Source: Felis catus
Taxonomy: Eukaryota
NCBI RefSeq assembly: GCF_018350175.1
Contig: NC_058368.1
Location: 17,300,001-17,364,000 of the forward strand
Reading direction: 5' to 3'
DNA length: 64,000 nt
Below, piece after piece: positions 35,997 through 47,240 of this stretch; position 1 is the first letter of the stretch; the number at the start of each line of letters is the position of its first letter. The notes beneath the pieces are model-generated. The model did not search any database, was not told the DNA's origin, and saw only the letters and a program-made list of their open reading frames with translations. The translations under genes were made by a program, and so were the position numbers.

Positions 35997-36457
35997 TGAG
36001 AGCTGGATGGGAGTACCCAGAGACAACGGACAGACCACTTATTAAAATACAACTCTGACCCACAGCCTACAGCAACTGGGAAGCCAAACCACAGCGTCTG
36101 TCCGTAGCAGTCAGCCCCAGATGGTCAAAATTTGATCAATAACTGACAGCTTCCTTCATTTTGCCCTCATTTTCAACTTAAGACTGACCACAGAAACCGG
36201 ATGTGCAGCCCTAACTAGTCACATTGGATGCCCCACTTCTAGTTAGCTTGCCCACAGCTTCCCCGTACCCACAGCCTCCAGCCAGGGCGCCCCTGCAGCC
36301 TTCCCTTGTTCCCGCTATACAGTTTTCTCACCCCTCGGCCTGCCTTTGAGTCTCTGCTAAAGACAAGTGATAGTGGCCGACTCCTTTGCTATGGCGCAGT
36401 GAATAAATGGCCCGTGCTTGTTTTCATCCCGTTGGTTGGTCTTTGATTATTTACACA
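35997..36457 (+). mobile_element. Solo LTR, ERV1 type (MER34-like)
   Basis: TG...CA termini, 4-bp TSD atat (35993 and 36458), TATA-like ctataca near 36315 and AATAAA at 36402-36407. L2 sequence resumes on both sides. Family name is tentative. Confidence 0.78.
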
Positions 36458-37126
36458 ATATTTTACTCCGAGTAAGACCCGACATCCTCCCAACGATCCT
36501 GAAGTGCCAAGTGATCTTCCCGGTGCCCACCCCGTCACTGCTGCTCTGGTCCCATGTCCTGCCTTCTCTTTTTTACCCCACTTACTCAAACCACATTGGC
36601 CTCCTGGCCATTCCTCGTGCACACCTGGCACACCCAGGCCTGAAGCCCTTTTCACTTGTTCACTCCTTTGCCGAGAATTCTCTTCTCTAAACTATGTATG
36701 TAAGGCATCTCATTACCACCTTGAAGTCTCATCTCAAATGAGACTCTGTCACAGATACTTTCCCATATAACACAGGCCGACCGTGGCACATTCCCCTGCC
36801 TTAGCCCCTGTCCCCTTCAGCACACTCTATTTTCTTCACATAACTCATTACCTCCTGGCATACTACATATTCTTGTATATTTGTTTATTTTCTTCCTCTT
36901 TCCCAACCCCAAATAAAATGAAAACTCCGTAAGATCAGGAATTTTGTCTCCTTCCATATCCCCTCTGCCTAGTAGGAATGTCTGGCAAGTAAAAGTCACC
37001 CAACCAACGTTTGATACAAGAATAATTAGTTATAAAACCTTATGTCCACCCATCATTTTTTTAGTGGTACCATTTTTTAAATTGGTGTATCAGTGAAAAT
37101 CTCAGAAGAAATAAACCACATGCTCA

Positions 37127-37348
37127 TTTTTTTTAATGTTTATTTTTGAGAAAGAGAGAGAGAGAGAGGGAGAGAGACAGAGTAAGTGGGGGAGGGGCAG
37201 AGAGAAAGAAGGAGACACAGAATCTGAAGCAGTCTCCAGGCTCTGAGCTGTCAGCACAGAGCCTGACACAGGGCTTGAACTCACAGACCACAAGATCGTG
37301 ACCTGAGCCGAAGTCAGATGCTCAACTGACTGAGCCACCCCGGCACCC
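37127..37348 (-). mobile_element. CanSINE (SINEC_Fc-like)
   Basis: Full length; TSD ccacat(g/a)ct(c/t)attttttt. Confidence 0.94.
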
Positions 37349-37444
37349 CCACATACTTATTTTTTTTATGTAATAACTTAAATTAAATTAAGTAATTTTA
37401 AAAGAATGTAATAATATGACTATTTACAACATTGAGGTCAAAGA

Positions 37445-37800
37445 TTAGGAAACCACCAGGCATGGTAAAGTGCCCCAAGGAATCAGAGTGGGCACCATTA
37501 CCACCTCTAGGCCTGAGGGAAAGGGAAGAAGACGTTAGCTGAGCCCAGAGAGTGAGCTAGAGAGTTCAGCGGGCACCATGACCTTTACTTGGGGGAAGGG
37601 GTGCGGTCAGCCCTGAACCCTGAGGGAGCCAGGGGAATGAATGGCACAGACCCCATTCTGCTCTTGACCTCCAAGTCCTGCCTGTGCTTCCCTTTGGCTG
37701 ACCCAACTGGAAGCCAGAGCACAAGGGAAACCTTTGATGTGGTTCACAGTAGTCAGCTCCTGGGGGACAGGGCAGGGTGGAGAGGACGGAACACGGACCT
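37445..37800. mobile_element. LTR33-like ERVL LTR relic
   Basis: tccctttggctgacccaactggaagccagagcacaagggaaacctttgatgtggttcacagtagtcagctcctgggggacagggcagggtggaga resembles LTR33. Confidence 0.6.
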
Positions 37801-38218
37801 CGAGCGGCCTGTGTCTCCTGTTCCAGTGGTCTTTTATAATCATGAAAAGCAAAGTGGCTTACTGTTTTAAAAATAACCATGAAGCGTGTTTTTTTTATGT
37901 GTTTGTGAGACTTTCAGTGAAACAGACTCCCAGTCAAATACCAAAGTATCTATTAGGAGTTATCATGTCAAATTATTGAACTAAATGTCATCCTGAACTA
38001 AACATAGCTTCACATTGAACTGTATTTTCAACAATTTAATTATGTCATTCTGTTATTTAGTGTGCCTTTCAACTACCTTAAAAATGAATCATTTAGACTT
38101 ATTATAAAAATATAATATTGTATACTCTGCATTGTTATTTGTCTAGGAGAGGAAGAAAACCACACGTATGGTCCTTATAGCTGATAAATAGACTTGAGAT
38201 AAAAAGAGTACTAGAGTT

Positions 38219-38440
38219 GGGGGGGCCTGAGTGGCTCAGTCGATTAAGCATCCAACTTCCACTCAGCTCATGATCCTGCAGCTCACGGGTTCGAGCCTAG
38301 CATCGGGCTCTGTGCTGACAGCTCAAAGTCTGGAGCCTGCTTCAGATTCTTTGTTCTTTCTCTGCCCCTCCCCAGCTCATGCTCTGCCTCTCTCTCTCTC
38401 TCTCTCTCTCAAAAATAAACATTTTTTAAAAAACTTAAAA
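38219..38440 (+). mobile_element. CanSINE (SINEC_Fc-like) inserted in a MIR relic
   Basis: TSD aaaaag(a/g)gtactagagtt at 38201 and 38441. Confidence 0.94.
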
Positions 38441-38948
38441 AAAAAGGGTACTAGAGTTAGACATTACAAGGTTTGAGTTTTAATTTTGACTTACCCAGAA
38501 AGAGGCCTTTGCAAATAAGTTCCACTCTCTGGTTTCTTCATTTGTAAAGTACGAGGTAGGACAAGGTGACTTCCAAGGTCTCGTCTGCCTCTAAAATTTG
38601 TCTACACCATTGGAAGGTGTTGATCTGTCAAGTGAACAAAGCTGTATTTAAAGGAAGTATGTCAGCAGCATTTATTAATTGAGGAAAAAAGCAATTACCA
38701 GAGATTTTTATCTATTTATCTATTTTTGCAATGTTGAGTCTTATTTCGAGGCTAGGAATTCACTGGCCCAGAGCCTGCATGGTTTATACCTGCTTTTGCC
38801 CCCCTCTTCTCTTTCCTTCCCTTCACACGGTGGCATTCTCAAAGAATATGCAAGTGGGAAAGTTGACGATTAGAGCAATGTTAATTTGCATAGGATTGCT
38901 GAAGTTCAGATAAAAGTAATAGTGACTGTGATTGTGTGTTCTCTTTAG

Positions 38949-39074
38949 AGTCGACTGTATTTATTCCCCAGTCGGAATACTCCGTTGAAGAAGATGTGGG
39001 TGAGCTGTTCATTCCCATCCGAAGAAGTGGAGACGTGAGCCAGGAATTGATGGTGGTCTGTTATACGCAACAAG
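38949..39074 (+). CDS. FREM2: FREM2 internal exon (probably exon 5), 126 nt, phase 1-1; N-terminal part of Calx-beta 2 (not in the ORF track)
   Basis: Acceptor gtgttctctttag|AGTCG and donor CAAG|gtagct. Manual translation (E)[41 protein letters not shown](G) has the Calx-beta pattern and joins both neighbours in frame. Confidence 0.93.
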
Positions 39075-40135
39075 GTAGCTTGACTTGCCAATGAACTGAA
39101 CTGTCCCTGCAAAGGCATAGAAATAAGCCTCTTTGACATGTTGGAGCCAGAACATTATGCCTTGAGGGGTATGTTTTATTATTCCAGTTTTCATAAAGAA
39201 AAAAGCTGCACTTCCCCAGAAGTCTTCCTTCACTGTTACACTTCTGGGGACCTCTTCCAAGAGGGCCTGGAAGGACTGCTGTTACCTATCAAAATACATT
39301 TGATTCTTGTGGTTGCTTATCCTAACACCATCCAAAGCCATTTGGAATGTGAGAAATTGAAGTCCCCTTTCCCCACCCAAACCTGATCAAGTGGAAGAGG
39401 GTTATTTAAAAAAGAGAGAGACAGAGACAAAGAAATGCATACTCAAAAGAAAATCATTGTAAACTAGTTTGAAACTCATTTCAACCGAATTTCAAAATGT
39501 TTCTTTTGCTCATTAGTAAGCCTCCTCTGAAAGATGATTTTATGTAATACCAAATTAAAATTAATATATAATATTCATTAATATACTAAATACTAGTAAC
39601 TAGAAAACAGGTAGATTTTCTAAAAATGTAAAAGAAAAGGTCAAAAGGTCATATGTGCAGTTGATATCTGAGCATTCATGAAAATTCCCATTAATGTGTG
39701 TGTGGTCAGAAACACAGACTTCAGGGTCAGCCTTGGGCTCTGGGTCCCAGAGCAAGTGATTTAACCTCTGTAAACCCCAATAGCGTGGTTGAGAGGATTA
39801 ATCAGGCAATGCATGTAAAGCACTTGGCACTTGGCCTGCACACAGTAAGCATTTGAATAGTAGAAGCTATTATTTTGTAATATTGTGTTGTTCTGAAAGA
39901 CCAGTGGCAGGAAGTAGAGGAGAAAACACTGGAAATGTAATACTCTTTGTATGTTTGAGACCACTGTGAAGGTGACGCATAATGCTAGAATACCATGTAG
40001 GTGCTATGGTAATTTCCAGGGAGGTTGACGTATACAAATTGACTGTGAAGGTGTTGCATGTGAAAATAATCATTTCTGGAAACACGCTTGTGTAATATGT
40101 TCTACATAAACACCTTTTGGATTCTCTGTCCCCAG

Positions 40136-40387
40136 GTACGGCAGACGGAACTGTGCCGACGTCGGTGCTGTCCTACTCAGATTACATATCCAGACCCGAA
40201 GACCACACCAGTGTCATCCACTTTGACAGACATGAGCGTGAAAAAACGTGTCGCATTGTTGTTATTGACGACTCCCTGTATGAAGAGGAGGAAACATTCC
40301 ATGTCCTTCTGAGCGTGCCCATGGGCGGGAGGATTGGATCAGAATACCCAAGGGCTCGGGTTACAATCGTCCCTGACAAAGATGATG
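40136..40387 (+). CDS. FREM2: FREM2 internal exon (probably exon 6), 252 nt, phase 1-1; C-terminal part of Calx-beta 2
   Basis: Acceptor ttctctgtccccag|GTACG and donor GATG|gtaagt. Peptide (G)[83 protein letters not shown] contains the acidic Calx-beta motif DDxxxExxE. Confidence 0.95.
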
Positions 40388-40737
40388 GTAAGTGCTAATT
40401 TACTTGAAAGTTATTCCTCCTACCAGGCAGAACAACATCAGGCACAACCTTCTAGACAGAAAAATAAGAGCGTGAGAGAATTATGCACATTCGTATTATG
40501 CTTGGTTTCGTAGTGGGACTAAGTTTCAAAGTTGGCCGCATCAATCCATTTGGCTTTCTTGATTTAATGTTTTTAAAAGGCAAAAGTCACACCTATGTCC
40601 GCTTTCTCCCTCTGTACAGTTTTCTTTTATAATGCTGCTTACTGTTAGGTGATGAAATTTTTCCAGTCTCATGAGGAAGAATGGAAGCGATAATCAATTT
40701 AATTTATTTCCTTTTTGTTTGTTTTGTCTTGCTTTTA

Positions 40738-40941
40738 TTTATTTTTTTTTAATGTATTTTTGAGAGACAGAGTACAAGTGGGGAAAGGGGGCAGAGAGAG
40801 AAGGAGACACACAATCTGAAGCAGGCTCCAGGCTCTGAGCTGTCAGCACAGAGCCCGACCCGGGGCTTGAACTCATGAACCATGAGATCATGACCTGAGC
40901 TGAAGTCAAAGGCTTAACCGAGTGAGCCACCCAGGTGCCCC
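40738..40941 (-). mobile_element. CanSINE (SINEC_Fc-like)
   Basis: 18-bp TSD tgttttgtcttgctttta at 40720 and 40942. Confidence 0.95.
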
Positions 40942-41049
40942 TGTTTTGTCTTGCTTTTAAAAGTTTATAGTTTGCAGTATTAATCTCAGTATTTGAACTT
41001 GTTTAACAAAGAAACCCATCAGACAAGGCTGTTAATAAACAAATTACTT

Positions 41050-41280
41050 GGGGCACATGGGTGGCTCAGTCAGATAAATGTTTGACTTTGACTCAGGTCA
41101 TGATCTCACAGCTTGTGGGTTCTAGCCCCACATTGGGCTCTGTGCTGACAGCTCAGAGCCTGGAGCCTGCTTCGGATTCAGTGTCTCCGTCTCTCTCTCT
41201 GCCCCTCCCCTGCTCACACTCTGTCTGTCTCTCTCTCAAAAAATAAATAAACATTAAATAAATGAATAAAATAAAATAAA
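41050..41280 (+). mobile_element. CanSINE (SINEC_Fc-like)
   Basis: Full length; head-to-head with the 40738 element, about 108 bp apart. Confidence 0.94.
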
Positions 41281-43302
41281 TGAATAGCTAGAAAGATAAT
41301 AAACATATAGAAAATAAAATCCCACAGGTAGCTCCCTGCACCAAAAAGGGAGGGTGGGGGGTTATCTTAGAGGGAAATTCAATTATCATGAAATAATCCC
41401 GCTTTTGGAATAGAAAACGGAGAAGGTCTTATCGTCCCAGCTCAAGAAATAGTTTGTGCCTTGAGAAAAGAGAACCAGGGGGACGATTGTGAGTAACCTC
41501 TTGAGGAACAGAGAGAGCAGCAAACCGAGAGGACCCCCCCCCCCACCGCCACCCAGTACTTGGAATATTTTTCTCTCCCTCATAGTCGATTAAAGAGGAA
41601 GAAGCTGGGTGGATGAATCTTTTGGCTCAGAGAGGAGCTGGAAGAGAGTCAAAATGTTTTCATTCCAAATAACATGAAAACTCAGGAAAAAGATTATAAC
41701 CTACCAGGGAGGGTCTTTGACAGTTAAGAGACGGTTAAGTTAAAAGGATAGTAACGTGGCTTGTGAGCTTATAGTCTGTGCCAAACACAGCCCTGGGTCC
41801 TCTGTACATCATCCTCCTGACAATCCCATGAAATAGATCATGTCTTTTTTTTTTTTTTAATGAAAACGTTTAAAACCACTAGTGATAAAAATTAGGAATG
41901 ATTTTATCAAGAGGCATTTGAAGAAAGTGTTGATTCTGCTATCAATTAAATGATGTCCAGTTGCTTTAGCTTATTTGTCTATAAACTAATAAGCAATTCT
42001 ATTCTGTATTTAAATAAAGTACAGAAATTTTATTTTAAATGGTCTTAGAGAGGAAGCCAGGCAGCCAAAACAGAGTTACTAGTCCGCACTAAACACCTAT
42101 CTGCTATCTAGATATTTATTTATTTCTGTTAACGTAGGTAGAAAGATCGTGAGATTTAATTTAGAAATAGTAAATATAATTAACGATTAATTCAGCTCAG
42201 TTTGTTTTGTTGGCAAAAAATCTTTCCCATATGGATTTTTGTGGGATGTACGTGGGGAAACAATAAAGGTACACAAAGAAACCATTATTTATTAAGCGCC
42301 AGGCATTTTCATAGGTACAGAGCTAAATCGTTTCAAGGGTGAAGGGTGATGTCATGATCCCTGTTTTACTATGGCAAGACTGAGTCTTAGAGAGGCCAAC
42401 TGACTCAGGCTGACTTGAATTTACAAAGTTAGTACACTACAAAGTTACTGTCGGGGCCCCAAATACATGACTTTTCTACCCTGTCACTGGTATCTAGGGG
42501 TGACGAGTTTGTGGAAACCATTGGTACGATGTCTACTATTCCATAATATTTGTAAAATACTTTATTATTACGAATGCTTCACTGAGCTTTCCATTCCCTG
42601 GTATAGGCAGCAGAAGTGGTATTCTGAGTGGGGTAACTAAAGCTCCGAGAGCTGTTTGCCCCAGGATAGGGCTGGGGGGTTTGGGGCCACAGGCTTTGAT
42701 GTCAAGGCTTCAGAACGCCACGCAAGCATTGGACCAGCAGACTGTCAGGAATGCTATCAGGAACCATCTTCATTTCTTCATTCCCCCAACCCCTTTTATG
42801 TCTCCTTCTGTTTTCTCTCTTCTGTCTCTTCCCTTCTACCTCTAACACCACTACTCTAGTCCAGAGAGACCCTTTCCATCTCCCATGTAGATTATCGTGA
42901 ATTCACAGGTTTCACATCCTGGTATGTCTTCCCTTGCAAACCCTTGTTCCCACCGCCACCAATTTAATCTTTCTTAAACTCGAGTCCATGCCTCCCCTCA
43001 ACACAAAACCATTAACGGCAAAATGTTACCACCATCAGGAGGATGGGAACATTCCCCTTTCCTCACCCAAGAGCCAATAATGCACAAGAGGGAAAAAATA
43101 AAGCATTGCTTCAACTGTGCTGGTGGTATAACAGTGGAGAAACCTCTAAAGATTGAAGTTATTTCTAAATTAAAAGCAAGATTTATAAATGTTATTCAAC
43201 AAATATTGCAGTTATTTTCTTAAAAATATAACGGTCTGTCTGGTCAGGATAAGGAAGGAAAAAAAAAAAAGAAAGGAAAAGGAAAGAAAAGAAAGGAGAA
43301 GA

Positions 43303-43519
43303 GGGGCACCTGGGTGACACAGTCGGTTGATCTTGCGACTTCGGCTCAGGTCATGATCTCACAGTTTGTGAGTTCGAGCCCCACACTGGCCCTGCGCTGA
43401 CAGCTCAGAGCCTGGAGCCTGCTTCGGATTCTGTGTCTCCCTCTCTCTGCCTCTCCCCAACTCATGCTCTCGCTCTCTCTGTCTCTCAAAAATAAATAAA
43501 CGTTAAAAATAAGTAAATA
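43303..43519 (+). mobile_element. CanSINE (SINEC_Fc-like) followed by (GGAA)11 at 43520-43563
   Basis: Full-length body inserted in an A/G-rich tract. Confidence 0.94.
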
Positions 43520-44299
43520 GGAAGGAAGGAAGGAAGGAAGGAAGGAAGGAAGGAAGGAAGGAAGGACAGTGAGGTAGACACAGAGAGAGCGGGTCTCAAG
43601 AGAACAAACAAAGTCAGACTGAGAAGGAAGAATAGGACAGTCCAGGAAATTAGCGGAAGAAATGAAAGAGCTTCATATCTAAGGAGTAAAGGAAAGGACA
43701 ATCCAGATGAAAAAAGACTAGAGACAAGTCTCCAGAATAAACCACTTCTGCACATCCTGTACCCATTTGGGCAGTGAGTCTGTCCCTCCACAGTTCTTCA
43801 AAATGCCACTAGCAAAATGAACGCTGCTTACAGCTCTTCAACCGCGTTCTTTTTAAGTCTTCAGAAGCTCAGCTCTGAGACTACTATGACCTATCAGAAG
43901 GAACTATTCCCTGGACCACGTAGCACGCACAGCAGATGGCACAAACTCTTCCTGAGGCTTAATCTCCACCCTGACGTGGAAGTTGTGGGGATCGAGCTTG
44001 TATTCAGTGCAATCAGAAACCGTTTGAGGATGGCTTCCACGCTTCGCTTATCCACTGCTGCCTCCCCACAAAGTTCTTTTGGGTGAAGTATTTCAGAGAC
44101 CATCCCACTGGCTAAGTGATCATTTATAGTACTCGTTCAGTGGGATTTTCTGATGTGTGTAAAATCAGTGCTGATTACTACATCGGATATCGACCCTTGG
44201 CGAGATTAACAATATCGACCTACAGTGCTTAGGACCTGCACTCGGACCTCGACCTTTCCTTCTCATTGACTCATCACAATTTGTTTCCTCCTTAACTAT

Positions 44300-44800
44300 T
44301 AGCAGCATCGTTTTCTTTCTTTCTCGTTTCTTCCTGTGCTAGGTAGGACTTGTACCATAATGTTGCATAGAAGCAGTGGAATAGGCATCCATGGGGATTT
44401 CTTTTTGTTGTTTTCTGACATTCTGGGTCTTTTTTCTGACTTGAAAGGAAGTATTTACAATGTCCCACCATTTGGAATCATGTAGGCTATAGGATTCTAG
44501 TAACATTTTGTTGGGTTAAGAAAACACCCAATCTGACAAAAGCTTTTAGCAGAAGTAAGTCAAATCTTATCCCATCAAATTTTCTGCATCTATTGAAACT
44601 ATCATGTAGTCTTTTTTTTTCCTTCAGCCTATTCACGCTGTGACTTGTACTTTTAGATGCACTAGCCTTAAGCCACATGTACATGCTTGAATAAACTTCC
44701 TCTTTCATGACCTATTTTTTATAAACTGCTAGGTTAAATTTGAGAATATTTTATTTAGTACTTTTGCACCTATGTTTATGAATGAGATTTAAGTTTGTTG
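44300..44800 (-). mobile_element. Old L1 (L1M) ORF2 fragment, antisense
   Basis: aggacttgtaccataatgttgcatagaagcagtg...ggcatcc, ttttctgcatctattgaaactatcatgt and cttttgcacctatgtttatgaatgagatt resemble antisense L1 ORF2. Confidence 0.75.
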
Positions 44801-45201
44801 ATTCGTCTGGCTTTAGATTGGAAAGGAGTCAAGTGAGAGAATCAAGTGCCTCACTTTCTACATGTGAATTTTCTGGTTTGAACCTGTCTCGTTTGTTACA
44901 CTGACTATTCCCCCATTCCTCACGTTGGCCACCATCCGGAAAACTGCACATGCATGAAGAATAAATGCAAAAGTACAAAAGACACAGACAACAGAAAACA
45001 CCCTATTTGTTTCATCTGGCGAATTCCTATCCTTACCATTTGCTTGACTTTCAAAGCCAGAAAGTATCTTCCAGTAAGAGACTTAGTGTCTTTCAGCCAA
45101 GTTGTATCTCCCATGTCCGTTTTGTACTCCCCAACATACTGTAGCTGACCTTAATTTTCATCACTTAACAAGAGGTCTTTCTGTTTCTCTGTTGAAAGAT
45201 C

Positions 45202-45395
45202 TTTTTTTTAAGTTTATTTGTTAATTTTGAAGGGTGGGGGAGGAGCAGAGAGAAAGGGAAAGAGAGAATCCCAAGCAGGCTCTGCACTGTCAGCATGGAG
45301 CCTGATGTGGGGCTCGAACCCATGAACCATGAGATCTTGACCAGAGCTGAAACCAAGAGTCAGACACTTAACCAATTGAGCCACCCGGGTGCCCC
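45202..45395 (-). mobile_element. CanSINE (SINEC_Fc2-like)
   Basis: gagaatcccaagcaggctctgcactgtcagc and gaaaccaagagtcagac motifs; flanking tgaaag. Confidence 0.92.
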
Positions 45396-46029
45396 TGAAA
45401 GTCATCTTAATGCTACCATATACTTCTCCACACAAATATCACAAAGAGAAATATGGAAATGAAAATGTCTTTTCCTTTCTTCCATGAATCAAAATGTCTT
45501 GAGGATATATATTTGCTACTGTAAGCCATTAATCTTCCTGTGTTAGGACAAAACCCTTTGGTTTGGCATCTTTATTTTTTTATTTAACCCCTTAACTTTC
45601 ATTGATGTCCTGTATTGTGGGAAAAGCACCACAAGGTCTCTGAAGATGACATAGAACAAAAAAATAAATACTCCTTTGCCCTCAGAAAGCTTTCACTGTA
45701 ATGAAGAAAAAAGGAAAGCGCATATTGAACACATCCACCAACAGAATTATTCCCCAGAAAATGCGTAATTAACTATACACAAATAAGACGGTGTCATCTA
45801 TTTTAAAGAAGTTCAAAGTTTGTTAACTTAAAATTTTTTTTAACTTAAGGATGTAACATTTTTTAACCTAATAACGTACAGCACAAGTTTTGCTTTAGTA
45901 AAAGAAGAGAATTTCCACTTTAAAGTTTCCTTAGCATAACTCGAGAGATGGAATCTCTGGATAGTGTCGTATTGTTTACTGTGTATTCACTAGTTCAGCA
46001 ATATTTTGTGGGAATCCAGTATTGACTCT

Positions 46030-47240
46030 AATCATTCAAAGACATGTAAACTGAGCACCTCTGTTCTAGCGACTGCTGGATGCAAAAGCAAACAAAAGAA
46101 CCACAACTTCCAAACCCCTGGGCTTTTCACACTTTGGGGGATACACAGAGAAGTGAACACGCAAGCATAAAATAAATGTGATAAGTGTTCTGCCAGGAAG
46201 GGACATCTTTCCCAGCCCAGGTTCAGAAAGGGATTGTTTTTGTTTTTTGTTTTTAACATTGATTTATTTTTTTGAGAGACAGAAAGAGACAGAGCGTGAG
46301 CAGGGGAGGGGCAGAGAGTGAGGGAGTCACAGAATCTGAAGCAAGCTCCAGGCTCTGAGCTGTCAGCACAGAGCCCAACGCAGGGCTTGAACTCACCAAC
46401 TGAGAGATCATGACCCGAGCCAAAGTCAGACACTTAACCGACTGAGCCACCCCAACACCCCAGGAAAGGATTCTTAAAAAACATGATGTCCTAGCTGGAA
46501 TTTGAGGGCAGTACCAGAGTACCCCAGGGAAGAGAGAAGGGAAGTATGTTTGCGGGGAAGCAACTCTCAAGTGCACAGGCTGAGTGCAAGTGATGAGTCC
46601 AGGGGGCAGTGTGGACGTAACAAAACTCTACAGCCCAAAGGTGTGAATAACAAAGACGATTGGAGAAATGGAGAAAGGGCCAATCTCAGAGGACCAGGCT
46701 GCCATGTAGAGAAGTTGTGTCTTACTGTTGAAATAGAAATAGGGAATGACTAACAGGCTTTAAGTAGAATGACAAAATCAGATTCATATCTTAGAAATAT
46801 CACTCTGCCTGAAATGTAGAGGATAGATTGAGCTGCTCAGGAAGCTGTTGGAGAAATGCAGGTGATAGGTGCAGTGGCCTGAACAGGTTGGTTGGATGAG
46901 GATGAAGGGACCAGGAGGCATCCAAGAGATATGCTGGGAAAGAATGGGCATGACATGGTGATTGACTGGACAGGAAAGTCCGAAGAATGACGCTTTAACT
47001 TCTAGCTAGGGCAGTTGTGCTAAGACTGGTCCAGTTCACCAAGATAGAGTGAGCATAGGAAGAACATGAACAATGAGTTCATTTAGAACATGTTAGTTTG
47101 AAGAGCCTGTGTGATTTCAAAGTACTACCCATGGAGTAGGAGAATGGAGATATGGGTCTGGACATTAGGACGGAACTATGCTCTAGAGACATTGTTACAT
47201 GTTATCTCTGTTGATAATAACAAAGTCATGGGAGAAGATA
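46030..47240 (-). mobile_element. L2 relic (antisense) interrupted by a minus-strand CanSINE at 46236-46461
   Basis: tcattcaaagacatgtaaactgagcacct (reverse L2 3' end), atcagattcatatcttagaaatatcactctg and aatgagttcatttagaacatgttagtttgaag. Boundaries are approximate. Confidence 0.7.

Larger units (their letters stand above)
34830..37025 (+). mobile_element. Long L2 LINE relic interrupted by a CanSINE and a solo LTR
   Basis: L2 motifs ccactccactgaaacag, ttgctaaatccaatg, cccaaaatgaaactcctgatct and cacccttgactcctct, plus a degenerate L2 3' end near 36930-37025. Boundaries are approximate. Confidence 0.75.
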
